A stretch of DNA of 64,000 bases. Source: an uncultured Planctomycetia bacterium (GTDB taxonomy: Bacteria; Omnitrophota; Gorgyraeia; Gorgyraeales; Gorgyraeaceae). The position numbers and the translations under genes are program-made. The stretch is taken from NCBI GenBank assembly GCA_964566255.1, contig CAZMID010000004.1:3441-67440 (forward strand), given 5' to 3'. The notes under the pieces were generated by a model, which did no database searches, had not been told where the DNA came from, and saw only the letters and a list, made by a program, of their open reading frames with translations. Below are positions 30,972 to 40,825 of this stretch, in pieces. How positions within the stretch are numbered: position 1 is the first letter of the stretch; every line of letters begins with the position of its first letter.

Positions 30972-31972
30972 AACTTAACCTGATTTCCTTTATCCTTCAA
31001 TGACTTATCTGCTGCCTCAAGCATCCTCACTATCCTCAAACCCGCCTCGCCATCATTAATTGGCGTTTTATTGTTCAAAATACAGTCAATGAAATATTCT
31101 GTCTCGAGCTTCAAGGCCTCTGTATGGTCTATGCGCGGTGACCACATGTCGCCGGAACGATATTCAACCAACAGCTTATATATACCTTCCTTGTTTTCAA
31201 TCCTCACGCCTTTATCGTATACCTTAATCTTTTCATTTGTCTCCAAATCATTCCAAAGCAACATCTTTTTCTCACCACCAATCAGAGCAGTCCTAATTTT
31301 AACCGGTGACAGCCAGTTTATATTAAAATGAGCTATCATATTATTATTGAAATGTGCCACAATATATGCAATGTTTTCCAGTTTCTGACCAAAATGCCTC
31401 GCACCAATCGCTGAAATTGCAACAGGTTTTTCTTTTATGAGGTAATCCATTATAGACAAATCATGAGGGGCAAGATCCCAAACTACATTTACATCGTGCT
31501 GAAAAAGTCCCAAGTTTATCCTAGTAGAATCATAGTAACATAAACCTCCTAACATATTATCATCTATTAATGCTTTGATTTTTCTTACGGCTCCGGTAAA
31601 AAGAAAGGTATGGTCAACCATGATCTTAAGTCTTTTTTTATCGGCTAGTTCTATTAACTCTTCTGCCTCGCTCACCTTTAATGTAAATGGTTTTTCAACA
31701 AAGATGTGTTTTCCGTTCTGAAGTGCCTCCTTAGCCAAAGCAAAATGAGTAACTACAGGAGTGATAATAGCTACAACATCTACATCTTTAGAAGTTACTA
31801 TATCGCGGTAATCAGTAAAAATCTTTAAATGCTCATACGTCTTTTTAGCGCGTTCTAAAGCATGAGGATCTACATCACAAACTGAGACAGTCCTTACCTC
31901 TTCAATCGAACTAAAATTGCGGACTATATGGGGGCCCCAATATCCATAGCCTATTACACCTATATTAATCAT
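30968..31972 (-). CDS. Gfo/Idh/MocA-family NAD-dependent sugar oxidoreductase (WbpB/WlbA-like)
   Basis: 334 aa; MINIGVIGYGYWGPHI Rossmann start, EKP motif (FVEKPFT). Confidence 0.75.
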   Translation of the reverse strand: MINIGVIGYGYWGPHIVRNFSSIEEVRTVSVCDVDPHALERAKKTYEHLKIFTDYRDIVTSKDVDVVAIITPVVTHFALAKEALQNGKHIFVEKPFTLKVSEAEELIELADKKRLKIMVDHTFLFTGAVRKIKALIDDNMLGGLCYYDSTRINLGLFQHDVNVVWDLAPHDLSIMDYLIKEKPVAISAIGARHFGQKLENIAYIVAHFNNNMIAHFNINWLSPVKIRTALIGGEKKMLLWNDLETNEKIKVYDKGVRIENKEGIYKLLVEYRSGDMWSPRIDHTEALKLETEYFIDCILNNKTPINDGEAGLRIVRMLEAADKSLKDKGNQVKL

Positions 31973-32057
31973 ATTTCCCCCTTATTTATAAGGTATATAT
32001 TATACACTGATTAAAACAGAAAAGACACCCAATTTAATTGTGAAGCTGTTACTAGCA

Positions 32058-33956
32058 TTAATCTCTATCTATAAACCTTCTATGCCATAATTCCAAGATA
32101 AGAAGACCCCACAGATGCTGTCCATAATTATTTTTGCCTTTTATATGTGCCTCTATAACCTGACAAAGCGAATCTCGCTTAAAATAACCCCTCTCCAATG
32201 CCCTTGGTGAAAGGACAATATCTACCAAATAACGCCTTAGAGGACCTCTAAACCACTCATCCACTGGAACAGCAAAACCTCTTTTTGCTCGCTTTAAAAC
32301 TTTATCAGGCACTAAGCCTTTAAGGGTTCTTTTAAAGATATACTTCAAAGAAAAATTACGGATCTTAAAATCAGACGGAAGAGATGCCAAAAATTCCATA
32401 AGGTGCTGATCTAACAATGGAGATCTTGTCTCTAATGAATTTGCCATACTGGCTATATCCATCTTCACCAATAAGTCATTTTGTAATCCAAATACAGTAT
32501 CTACATATAATGCTGCATCTATACTGTCCAGCCTACTAGCAATAGAGAATGCATCCGTCAGGAACCTGCTTGAATCTAAGGTATTAGTCTTCTTTTTAAA
32601 CTCATCTGTATATAATTTTCTTTTAAAGTCTTCTGAAAAAAATCCTATCCAGTGCATATGGCGATGGGCCCTATTGAGTTCTGTGGCGTCTAAAAAACGT
32701 CTTATACTGCCAGGAGATCTTGGGTTGGTAGGTTTATCTGGAAACGCATTAAAAAACATCTTTAAGGGGGACCTATTTATCATTTTTGATACAGGTCCAA
32801 AAACCTCTGCCATGTGTCCTGCTAAATGCCTTCTATATCCCCCAAAAATCTCATCACCTCCATCTCCATTCAGTGCTACTTTTACTCCTTCCCTAGCTAC
32901 CTTACATGCATAATAAGTAGGAAGGGCTGAAGAATCAGCAAATGGTTCACCATAGTGCTCAACAAGCGTGGGTAAGCACTCCATGGCATTTGGAGTTATA
33001 TGCTTTTGGGAATGCCTTGTAGCAAAATAATCAGCAATAAAGTTAGCATATGGGAGCTCATTAAATTGCTCTTCGCCAAAACCTATAGAAAATGTGCGAA
33101 GACTTTTTATTTTTGACTGGCTCATAAATGCTGTTACACAACTTGAATCAACGCCTCCACTTAGAAGAGTACCTAATGGAACATCACTAACTAACCTCGC
33201 ATCAACGGCATCTTTTAAAAGTGCCTGTATCTGGCTTATACCTTCTTCCTCGGTTATCTTTATCTTCTTAGAAAAATCCAACTCCCAATATTTCTTAGTG
33301 ATTACCTTACCATTTTGATATATCAAGATATGAGCAGGAGGAAGCTTTTTTATACTGCGAAAGCCAGTTAAAGGTGCAGGGACACACAAATATGTAAGGT
33401 AGTGATGTATAGCTTCTAAATCTACTTCCCTATCAACATCAGGGTGTTTAAGAATTGCCTTGAATTCTGAGGCAAAAACCAATTTATCATTTAATTGAGA
33501 ATACAATAAAGGTTTCTTCCCTATCCTGTCTCTTGCCAAAACTAATTTCTTCTGCTCTTCATCCCATATAGCAAATGCAAACATCCCTCGAAAATGTCTT
33601 ACCGCATCTTCTCCGTATTCTTCATATGCATGCACAATTACTTCTGTATCAGAATACGTAGAAAAAACATGGCCTTTTTCTTCTAAGGATCTCCTCAATT
33701 GTCTAAAGTTATATATCTCGCCATTATGAATCACCCAGATATTTTTCTTTTCATTATGCATGGGTTGATGACCAGTCTTAAGATCTATAATAGACAATCG
33801 CCTGTGCCCTAAAGCAATAGAAAGACCTGGGTTATTACGCAAATAATATCCTTCATCATCAGGACCACGATGAACCATGGCATCTGCCATTGCCTTTATA
33901 AGAGAAGGTTCTATACTCTTATTATCAAAAGCTAATATCCCTGCTATACCACACAT
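32058..33956 (-). CDS. asnB: Asparagine synthase (glutamine-hydrolysing)-family amidotransferase
   Basis: 632 aa; N-terminal MCGIAGIL (Ntn Cys2), SGGVDSS PP-loop. Confidence 0.85.
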   Translation of the reverse strand: MCGIAGILAFDNKSIEPSLIKAMADAMVHRGPDDEGYYLRNNPGLSIALGHRRLSIIDLKTGHQPMHNEKKNIWVIHNGEIYNFRQLRRSLEEKGHVFSTYSDTEVIVHAYEEYGEDAVRHFRGMFAFAIWDEEQKKLVLARDRIGKKPLLYSQLNDKLVFASEFKAILKHPDVDREVDLEAIHHYLTYLCVPAPLTGFRSIKKLPPAHILIYQNGKVITKKYWELDFSKKIKITEEEGISQIQALLKDAVDARLVSDVPLGTLLSGGVDSSCVTAFMSQSKIKSLRTFSIGFGEEQFNELPYANFIADYFATRHSQKHITPNAMECLPTLVEHYGEPFADSSALPTYYACKVAREGVKVALNGDGGDEIFGGYRRHLAGHMAEVFGPVSKMINRSPLKMFFNAFPDKPTNPRSPGSIRRFLDATELNRAHRHMHWIGFFSEDFKRKLYTDEFKKKTNTLDSSRFLTDAFSIASRLDSIDAALYVDTVFGLQNDLLVKMDIASMANSLETRSPLLDQHLMEFLASLPSDFKIRNFSLKYIFKRTLKGLVPDKVLKRAKRGFAVPVDEWFRGPLRRYLVDIVLSPRALERGYFKRDSLCQVIEAHIKGKNNYGQHLWGLLILELWHRRFIDRD

Positions 33957-35122
33957 TAATCCACTCCTGTAAAAGTTGCCAATGCCTTATTATAAATACT
34001 CTCGTAGGTTTCAAGCATATGGCGTTGAGTAAAACGCTCTTGAAAAATTTGTTTTGCTTTTTTTCCAAAACGCATTCTCTTTTCTTCATCTTTAACCAAA
34101 TCCAATATTGCATCTGCTAGTCTCACCGGATCTCTCGCTGGCACTAATAATCCTGATTCATCGTGCTTGATAATTTCTGGTATCCCTCCTACCTTTGTTG
34201 CGACAATTGGCTTTTCAAAACACATTGCCTCAAGTAAAGACGTCGGACACCCTTCTGATATAGAACCTATTATAAAAATATCTGTTATAGATAAAAGGTC
34301 ATTCTTCCTTTTGTCTTCTAAATTACCTAAGAAATAAACATTCGCATTTAGGCCGAGATCTGACATTCTCTTCTCTAATCGTTCTTTATCCGGTCCATCT
34401 CCAGCAATAAAGAGTTTTACATCTGAGTATTTCGTAAGTACTAAAGAAAGGGCTTCTAAGATATTATCATAATCCTTTACTTCATTTAAAGTCCCAATTG
34501 CCGAAACAATCAATTTCTTATCTCCTGAAGAGTTAATTCGAAAATCCTTAATATCCCCTCCTGAAGAAGTATGAGATGCATTTATTCCTGCAGCCAATAC
34601 TGTTTTTATCTTTTTGGGATCTGCTTTAATGCCATTACGATCAATAAGATCCTGCCTTACAGCTTCTGAAACAGCTATTAGTCTATCTGAATATCGATAG
34701 ATAAATCTATAAACAAAGGAAGCAATCCTTCTTTTTAATCGCAAACTACCTTTTTCCAAAACCATAAAATTAAACCCGTTTATAGTATTCAAAATGCAAG
34801 GTCTTCCAGAAAACCTCCGTGCTACGATGCCACAAAAATCACTTGTATAAAGCATAGTATGTATAATATCGATCTTGTTCTCCTTTATAAACTTTGCTAC
34901 GCGCAGAATAATCCCGAGATTCATAAAACTCCTTCGGGGATCTACCAAAAGTACCTTTTTTGTCAAGAGGCTGAATTTTTCTGTATAATAGCCTCCGGCG
35001 GGACAGACAATATATTTTTCAAATCTGGCATTATCCAAAGATTCCAAGAACGTATAAACAAAATTCTCAGCGCCTCCCATATTAGAAGATGCTATAATAT
35101 ATAATATCCGTATTTTATTCAT
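33956..35122 (-). CDS. Glycosyltransferase, family GT4
   Basis: 388 aa; ILYIIASSNMGGAENFV N-terminus, SISEGCPTSLLEAMCFEKPIVATKVGGIPE C-terminal GT4 motif. Confidence 0.8.
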   Translation of the reverse strand: MNKIRILYIIASSNMGGAENFVYTFLESLDNARFEKYIVCPAGGYYTEKFSLLTKKVLLVDPRRSFMNLGIILRVAKFIKENKIDIIHTMLYTSDFCGIVARRFSGRPCILNTINGFNFMVLEKGSLRLKRRIASFVYRFIYRYSDRLIAVSEAVRQDLIDRNGIKADPKKIKTVLAAGINASHTSSGGDIKDFRINSSGDKKLIVSAIGTLNEVKDYDNILEALSLVLTKYSDVKLFIAGDGPDKERLEKRMSDLGLNANVYFLGNLEDKRKNDLLSITDIFIIGSISEGCPTSLLEAMCFEKPIVATKVGGIPEIIKHDESGLLVPARDPVRLADAILDLVKDEEKRMRFGKKAKQIFQERFTQRHMLETYESIYNKALATFTGVD

Positions 35123-36225
35123 CTTTTTCTTTCTAAAACATTCTCATTTAAAAAACTATACAATGCTTCCGCGACTAATTTGTTCCCTTTTTCATTAAAA
35201 TGAGGGTCAAACCTGAAATAATACTTTCTTTTATCCTGCCTATATTCATGGCTAATTTCAGAAAAGCTGGCGTAAAAAAAGCCTAAATCATTACTTAATT
35301 TACTAAAATAATCTGCATTATTTTCCGACTTATCATCCTTTAATAAAAAGGTTAAAAGGCTTCCTCCATTCTGCTTTAAGGTATCAAGGATGTCCTTAAT
35401 AACAAAAGTGGAAATCCTCTCGTTCAATTCTTTATTGTCAATGTAAAGATATCTTTTATTCTGAGGATATTTTAAAATACCTTTTTTAAAACCCAGCGAC
35501 ACCCCTATTTTTCTCAAAAAGATATTTCCATCAGAAGCTATCCTTAAAAAACCATATAATGCTGAATGTTTACGCAAGCCTCTCTTTAAAAACTCAATTT
35601 TATCCTTCACATATATGGCCCTATCGGGTTTAGGAACCGGAACCCCTTTTAACATCAGCTTTTCATCTTTCAAATTATAATATGGTCTATAATATCGCTG
35701 CACTATATCAGCTGCGAGAAAAGTCCCATCACTTACAACATCCAAATCGCCAGTCACTACAGCGATAATAAGCAAGTCTGGTTTATATTTTTTATATAAC
35801 GATTGAAATAAAATATGATACTGTGTTAAATTATAACCTCTCACACCAGCATTAATCACCTCTACATCTTTATTATTTTTATTACACATGGTCTCTGTCA
35901 AATATGAAAACCTCTTATGCTGTTGAATCCCTAACCCTTCACTAAAAGAATCGCCCAATATTAAAATACGATATACAGAATCTTCTTTATTCCCTATATC
36001 CAATCTTCCACGAATTCCATCTTCATTTATATGATATTTCACTTTCCATTCAAATCCACTGTCTATGGCATCTATATCTGGAATAAGTGACCACCCCAAC
36101 TTTTCATGGTATTGAATAAACTCTCTTTTATCGCTCTCTCCATGAAACCCCGCTATCCTTAATGAGATTTCAGGGATTAAAAATATAACAATAAGTAAAT
36201 AAACCACATATCTAATAGTTTTCAT
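35119..36225 (-). CDS. SGNH/GDSL-family hydrolase or O-acyltransferase with N-terminal membrane anchor
   Basis: 368 aa; LILGDSFSEGLG (GDSx block I), G block, C-terminal FDPHFN (DxxH block V). Confidence 0.6.
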   Translation of the reverse strand: MKTIRYVVYLLIVIFLIPEISLRIAGFHGESDKREFIQYHEKLGWSLIPDIDAIDSGFEWKVKYHINEDGIRGRLDIGNKEDSVYRILILGDSFSEGLGIQQHKRFSYLTETMCNKNNKDVEVINAGVRGYNLTQYHILFQSLYKKYKPDLLIIAVVTGDLDVVSDGTFLAADIVQRYYRPYYNLKDEKLMLKGVPVPKPDRAIYVKDKIEFLKRGLRKHSALYGFLRIASDGNIFLRKIGVSLGFKKGILKYPQNKRYLYIDNKELNERISTFVIKDILDTLKQNGGSLLTFLLKDDKSENNADYFSKLSNDLGFFYASFSEISHEYRQDKRKYYFRFDPHFNEKGNKLVAEALYSFLNENVLERKR

Positions 36226-37154
36226 ATATCGTGTTGTCCCCTTGAAAATAGAAACTTTCCTATAAAATTCGTATAGCTACATGGTAGACAAGTCACAAGA
36301 AATCCTAGATAAAAATACAAACAAAAGGACATTTCTTTGAGTTTAACAAAGAAATAATCCCTTGCTTTAATCTTCATACCCCTTTGTAAATATAGTATAC
36401 CCAGATCAAATTGAAATCTCTGTTTTTTCTTTTTAAGCATATTTGTCGTAATCTTATCTACAAAATTTATATTTTTGTCTATTATATTAACTGATTCCGT
36501 AAGTGCAATATCCTTTCTTCTAGAAAAACTCCCTTCATGAATCCTATATTCCGCAAGAGGTTGATTAATAAAAGTCATTGGATACCGCCTTGACATTCTA
36601 AGAAAAAAATCCCAATCTTCAACAATCTTATATTGTGGATTAAAGAGTCCTATCTCTTTGAAAATATCTTTTCTGACTACAGCCGTTATAATAGGAATGA
36701 AATTCTCTTTCAATAACTCTCTAAAAACCATTCCCCTATGTGGTCGATATATCTCAAATAGTGTGTTATTCCTTCTTCTTCCTTTTTTATCAATTATATA
36801 AGCATCGGAAAAACAAAGGTAAAGACCTCTATCTTCTTCCAATAAAGTCAATCCTACTTTAAGTCTTTCAGGAAGCCAGATGTCATCATGGTCTAAAAAG
36901 GCGATGTATTCACCTCTGGCTACTGCAATCCCCGTGTTTCTGGCAAGAGATAAGCCTTGATTCTCCTTCAGGATATAAGTCAACCGATCCTTATATTTAG
37001 AAATGACTTTACCTGTTCCATCGCAAGAACCATCGTCAACTACTATTACTTCAAAATCCTGATAGCTTTGGTTAAATACACTATCTAGGGTTTTGTCTAT
37101 AAATTGTTCTGCATTATAAGCAGGTATTATAATACTGACTTTTGGTATCTTCAT
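36222..37154 (-). CDS. Glycosyltransferase, family GT2
   Basis: 310 aa; VSIIIPAYNAEQFIDKTLDSVFNQSY, VIVVDDGSCDGT, FLDHDDIW. Confidence 0.8.
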   Translation of the reverse strand: MKIPKVSIIIPAYNAEQFIDKTLDSVFNQSYQDFEVIVVDDGSCDGTGKVISKYKDRLTYILKENQGLSLARNTGIAVARGEYIAFLDHDDIWLPERLKVGLTLLEEDRGLYLCFSDAYIIDKKGRRRNNTLFEIYRPHRGMVFRELLKENFIPIITAVVRKDIFKEIGLFNPQYKIVEDWDFFLRMSRRYPMTFINQPLAEYRIHEGSFSRRKDIALTESVNIIDKNINFVDKITTNMLKKKKQRFQFDLGILYLQRGMKIKARDYFFVKLKEMSFCLYFYLGFLVTCLPCSYTNFIGKFLFSRGQHDI

Positions 37155-38713
37155 CTTTTGCTGGTAAAAAATCCCCTCTTAATTATTGTCTTTGCTATCT
37201 TTTCATTTTTTGAAGCCTTGAAACCAATATATACATTTTGTGCCTTCTTGTGTCTAATTCTCTTTTTTATCTTTATCTTGATTTGATTAGGAACTAACGA
37301 CTTAAAAAACAACATAGGGTCCTTAAAAATACATCGGAGCTGATTCTTCTTTCGCTCTTGACTAACCAACCTAATCACATCTTCTCCCCTCCAGTCTTCT
37401 GTATCTATATTGGGATTACGAATAGATAGGTGATCGAAATCAAAATCTTTTTTAAAATATTTTCTGTCCTTACAAATATTGTAAAGTTCGGTACCTGGAT
37501 ATGGAGTAGCCATGGATATGTGCTGTGCATTACAAAGTCCTAAAGACCTGGCAAAGCGAAAGGTCTCTTTTATTTGTCCTAAAGTTTCTCCTGGCATACC
37601 AACAACCAAAAACAGAATAACTTCTATTCCTATCTTCCGAGCATGTTTAACCAAGCGTGGAATCTTCTCCAGATCTACAGGTTTTTTTATAATAGCTTCT
37701 AATACAGATTTATTTCCTGATTCAACGCCTAGACCAATCTGGTAGCACCCACTTAGTTTCATTTTATCCAGTAGAACCTCATCAAGAGTAGCAACTGCTA
37801 TTCCATTAGGAGTCCGCCATATTAAATCAAATCTTTCTCTTATAATCCCTTCAAAAATATCAAAGGCCCTTTTTCTATCCAGCAACATATTATCATCTTC
37901 AAAAAGAAGCTCTTTTATACCATAAGTATCTACCAAATACCTTATCTCATTTAATATATTTGCCGCTGACCTAGTCCTATATCTCCTACTCCAGACCTTA
38001 TGGGTAGAACAAAACGTACACTTAAAAGGGCAACCTCTTGAAGTCAATATGGATGCATGAGGGGATTTTCGATTTAGACCATGTGCCATTTTGGACCTAA
38101 AATATTTCTCCATGGGTAAAAGATGTCTTGCTGGAAAAGGAAGAGAATCTAAATCTTCTATAAATCTTTTCTTCTCGTTTATCACTGTCCTACCATTAGA
38201 ACGAAATCCTAAGCCATCTATTCTAGATACATCCCCATCCTCCTCTAAATGCTGCAACAAATCAAGGACTACTCTTTCGCCTTCACCTAGAACCACAAAA
38301 TCTACCGCATGATCATTAAAAACCATGAGAGGCTCTACAGTCGGATGCGGCCCACCCATAATAGTTATTATATTGTTGCTTATCTCCTTAGCTATTCTAC
38401 AAATCATATGTGCATTTTTGCGCTGCATTGTAAAAAGACTTGATACTCCAACTACCTGAGGAGAAAATTGTTCGATCTCTTTCCTTATATGACCAGGTGT
38501 CAGGCCCACTAATACTCTTTCATCATCAATCTCTTTTTCATTCTCCAGTCCCTCAACAAAGGCATCTAGTAATCGAACTTCATATCCACTGCGCTCCAAC
38601 ACTGCTGCAATATAAGCCAATCCTAAGGGAACATTCGGATTCATATCGCTCTTGTCCTTCAGCACAAAAGCTGGGGGCTGAATTAACATAATCCTATCTA
38701 TTTTTCTATTCAT
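37151..38713 (-). CDS. Cobalamin(B12)-binding-domain radical SAM enzyme (class B), copy B
   Basis: 520 aa; IMLIQPPAF...VPLGLAYIAAVLERSGYEVRLLD B12-binding domain, SRGCPFKCTFCSTHKVW radical SAM core. Confidence 0.8.
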   Translation of the reverse strand: MNRKIDRIMLIQPPAFVLKDKSDMNPNVPLGLAYIAAVLERSGYEVRLLDAFVEGLENEKEIDDERVLVGLTPGHIRKEIEQFSPQVVGVSSLFTMQRKNAHMICRIAKEISNNIITIMGGPHPTVEPLMVFNDHAVDFVVLGEGERVVLDLLQHLEEDGDVSRIDGLGFRSNGRTVINEKKRFIEDLDSLPFPARHLLPMEKYFRSKMAHGLNRKSPHASILTSRGCPFKCTFCSTHKVWSRRYRTRSAANILNEIRYLVDTYGIKELLFEDDNMLLDRKRAFDIFEGIIRERFDLIWRTPNGIAVATLDEVLLDKMKLSGCYQIGLGVESGNKSVLEAIIKKPVDLEKIPRLVKHARKIGIEVILFLVVGMPGETLGQIKETFRFARSLGLCNAQHISMATPYPGTELYNICKDRKYFKKDFDFDHLSIRNPNIDTEDWRGEDVIRLVSQERKKNQLRCIFKDPMLFFKSLVPNQIKIKIKKRIRHKKAQNVYIGFKASKNEKIAKTIIKRGFFTSKR

Positions 38714-38728
38714 CTATCTTCCTCTTAA

Positions 38729-40825
38729 TTAAAAACTGATCCTTGATCTCAAAAATTCTTCAAATGCCCCATTGATAGGGAATGTTTCCGGATTTCTATA
38801 GTAAGCATATTCTTTTGTCCTCTGCTCCAAAGCTGCAAGAGGTGGAACTAGTCGTAATATTTGTTTCGGTATTCCCGTTAGTTCAGCGTATAGACTGATC
38901 CAACTAGTTATATATTTTGTTAAATTATACCTATCCAATAAAACACAAAGAGGCAGAGTATTTTTTTTGCGCTCAGAACTTACCAATATTGGATTAAATA
39001 TAAGAGTCGCTAAGTCAAGAAAAGGTAAACACCCTTCTTGAAAATGTTCAAAATCTACTATCTTCAGTTCGTTCTTAGTGAATAAAGTGTTACAAAAATC
39101 ATAATCTCCGTGTTGGGCGCATAGTGGTATAGTAAAGTTTTTAAGCCTACATAACTCTTCCTTTAATCCACCAATAGATTTTTTTGCATCTTCTGTTAAT
39201 AGGCTATGCTTTTCTAATATTTTTTTCTGATCCTCTAAAAATGATATCAGATATGGTGTTGACTCGACCTGTGTCTTTATCGTATGTTTCTGAAAGCTCG
39301 CAAGAAACCTGATCGCCATCTTAATTTCTCGATCGAGATATTCTAATTTTGTCTTTAAACGATCGTTAAAAGTGAATACTGAATTTTTAGCTTCGACAAA
39401 CTCTGTCACCATAAAGGTAACATCATCTATGGTGCCATAGTATAACAATTTTGGGATATTTGAAACTAACCTTGTATCTTTGAGCAAAAAATCAACTCTT
39501 TTTAAATTTTTCGATTCAGCATCCAAAATGTCAATAGATTCTCTATTGCGACAAACTTTGCAAAAATATCTTGGCCTATTTTTATTGTCACTATAAACCC
39601 AATAATTGACTGTAAGGTCATTTCCTGGGCGACTGTCACATTTTACAATCTTTACGTTGGAAGATTCATTAGTTATTAAGCCTGCTAGCCTCAATAATTT
39701 AATCAACCTCGGCTCATTATTTGCTATAGAAGAGCCTTTGACAGCAATAGCAATTATACTCGGCGACAACCATTTCAATAAACCCTTTGGAAGAAACCTT
39801 AATAGGATTCTATTCAAGATTCCTTTTGTAGATGATATCTCTTTTTTTAAATTCTTGATCAAATCCAAAGGGATCACTTCTGATGGTGTTATATAATGCA
39901 TAAAAGCTCCATAAAAATCAATATTCCTAAATCCACTTTCTTTCAGTAATGACCTATATCCCGGTATACCATGGACATGAGTTCTGTATTCACGTTTCAG
40001 AATCAATTTTGTAAGTAGATTAGCTATGGATCTCGGCATAAATGATATAAATGGAATATTCATGTGATCATCGGGATAGCCTGCTAAATATATGTATCCA
40101 ATTCTATTCTCAATCGCCAAGTAGATACACCCTCCTGGCTTAATAACTCGCCTTATTTCCCGTAAAACTCGGAGCTGGATTGTCTTTGGATCTTCAGAAT
40201 ATCTCAGAGCTTTTTCAGCTCGAAGTCCGCGTCCAAATTTCTTCCAATGTCTTTCTAAAACAACTTCTTCTTCAAGAGCAACCCATTCTAGAACCCCACT
40301 CAGAACAACTAAATCAAAAAAATCATCAGCAAAAGGTAATTTCTCAAGCCCGGAGGCTACAGTATGGATATTAGAAAAACCCATTTGTTGCGCACGGATT
40401 CTCAGAAATTCAAGGGTTTCTACTGTCTTATCAACGGCATAAACTTCACTATGAAATTGGGCTGCCGGGACTGCGATACCACCCCACATACTACCAGCAT
40501 CTAAAATTTTTGAATCTTTTGTGCAAGGCCATAAAAATTGGGAATCTGCCCTATTAAAAGATACAAAATGGTCCATATACTGAGGTACTGTCTTTTTAGC
40601 TGTTCCAAGCCAATCACCGCTAATATCAGCAAGCCTATTTAGTTCTTGCATCTTTTCCCGACTGACATTACACCAATATCCAGCTCTATCTCTAAAATCA
40701 GGTGTGTCATTAATAACAGGGTAATCTTTTCTGCACGATGAACAGATCAATTTATTATGATCGTGACTCAAAAAAGAATGGCACTTTGGACAAACTAAAT
40801 CGTCAAAAATACGGATATTCTTCAT
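38729..40825 (-). CDS. Tri-domain fusion: N-terminal Trm112-like zinc ribbon + class I SAM methyltransferase + C-terminal aminoglycoside/choline-kinase-like (APH-fold) phosphotransferase
   Basis: 698 aa; CPKCHS...CSSCRKDYPV; MTase motif I ILDAGSMWGGIAVPAA and LVVLSGVLEWV; C-terminal HGDYDFCN (HGDxxxxN catalytic loop) and IVDFEHF (DFG-equivalent). Confidence 0.65.
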   Translation of the reverse strand: MKNIRIFDDLVCPKCHSFLSHDHNKLICSSCRKDYPVINDTPDFRDRAGYWCNVSREKMQELNRLADISGDWLGTAKKTVPQYMDHFVSFNRADSQFLWPCTKDSKILDAGSMWGGIAVPAAQFHSEVYAVDKTVETLEFLRIRAQQMGFSNIHTVASGLEKLPFADDFFDLVVLSGVLEWVALEEEVVLERHWKKFGRGLRAEKALRYSEDPKTIQLRVLREIRRVIKPGGCIYLAIENRIGYIYLAGYPDDHMNIPFISFMPRSIANLLTKLILKREYRTHVHGIPGYRSLLKESGFRNIDFYGAFMHYITPSEVIPLDLIKNLKKEISSTKGILNRILLRFLPKGLLKWLSPSIIAIAVKGSSIANNEPRLIKLLRLAGLITNESSNVKIVKCDSRPGNDLTVNYWVYSDNKNRPRYFCKVCRNRESIDILDAESKNLKRVDFLLKDTRLVSNIPKLLYYGTIDDVTFMVTEFVEAKNSVFTFNDRLKTKLEYLDREIKMAIRFLASFQKHTIKTQVESTPYLISFLEDQKKILEKHSLLTEDAKKSIGGLKEELCRLKNFTIPLCAQHGDYDFCNTLFTKNELKIVDFEHFQEGCLPFLDLATLIFNPILVSSERKKNTLPLCVLLDRYNLTKYITSWISLYAELTGIPKQILRLVPPLAALEQRTKEYAYYRNPETFPINGAFEEFLRSRISF

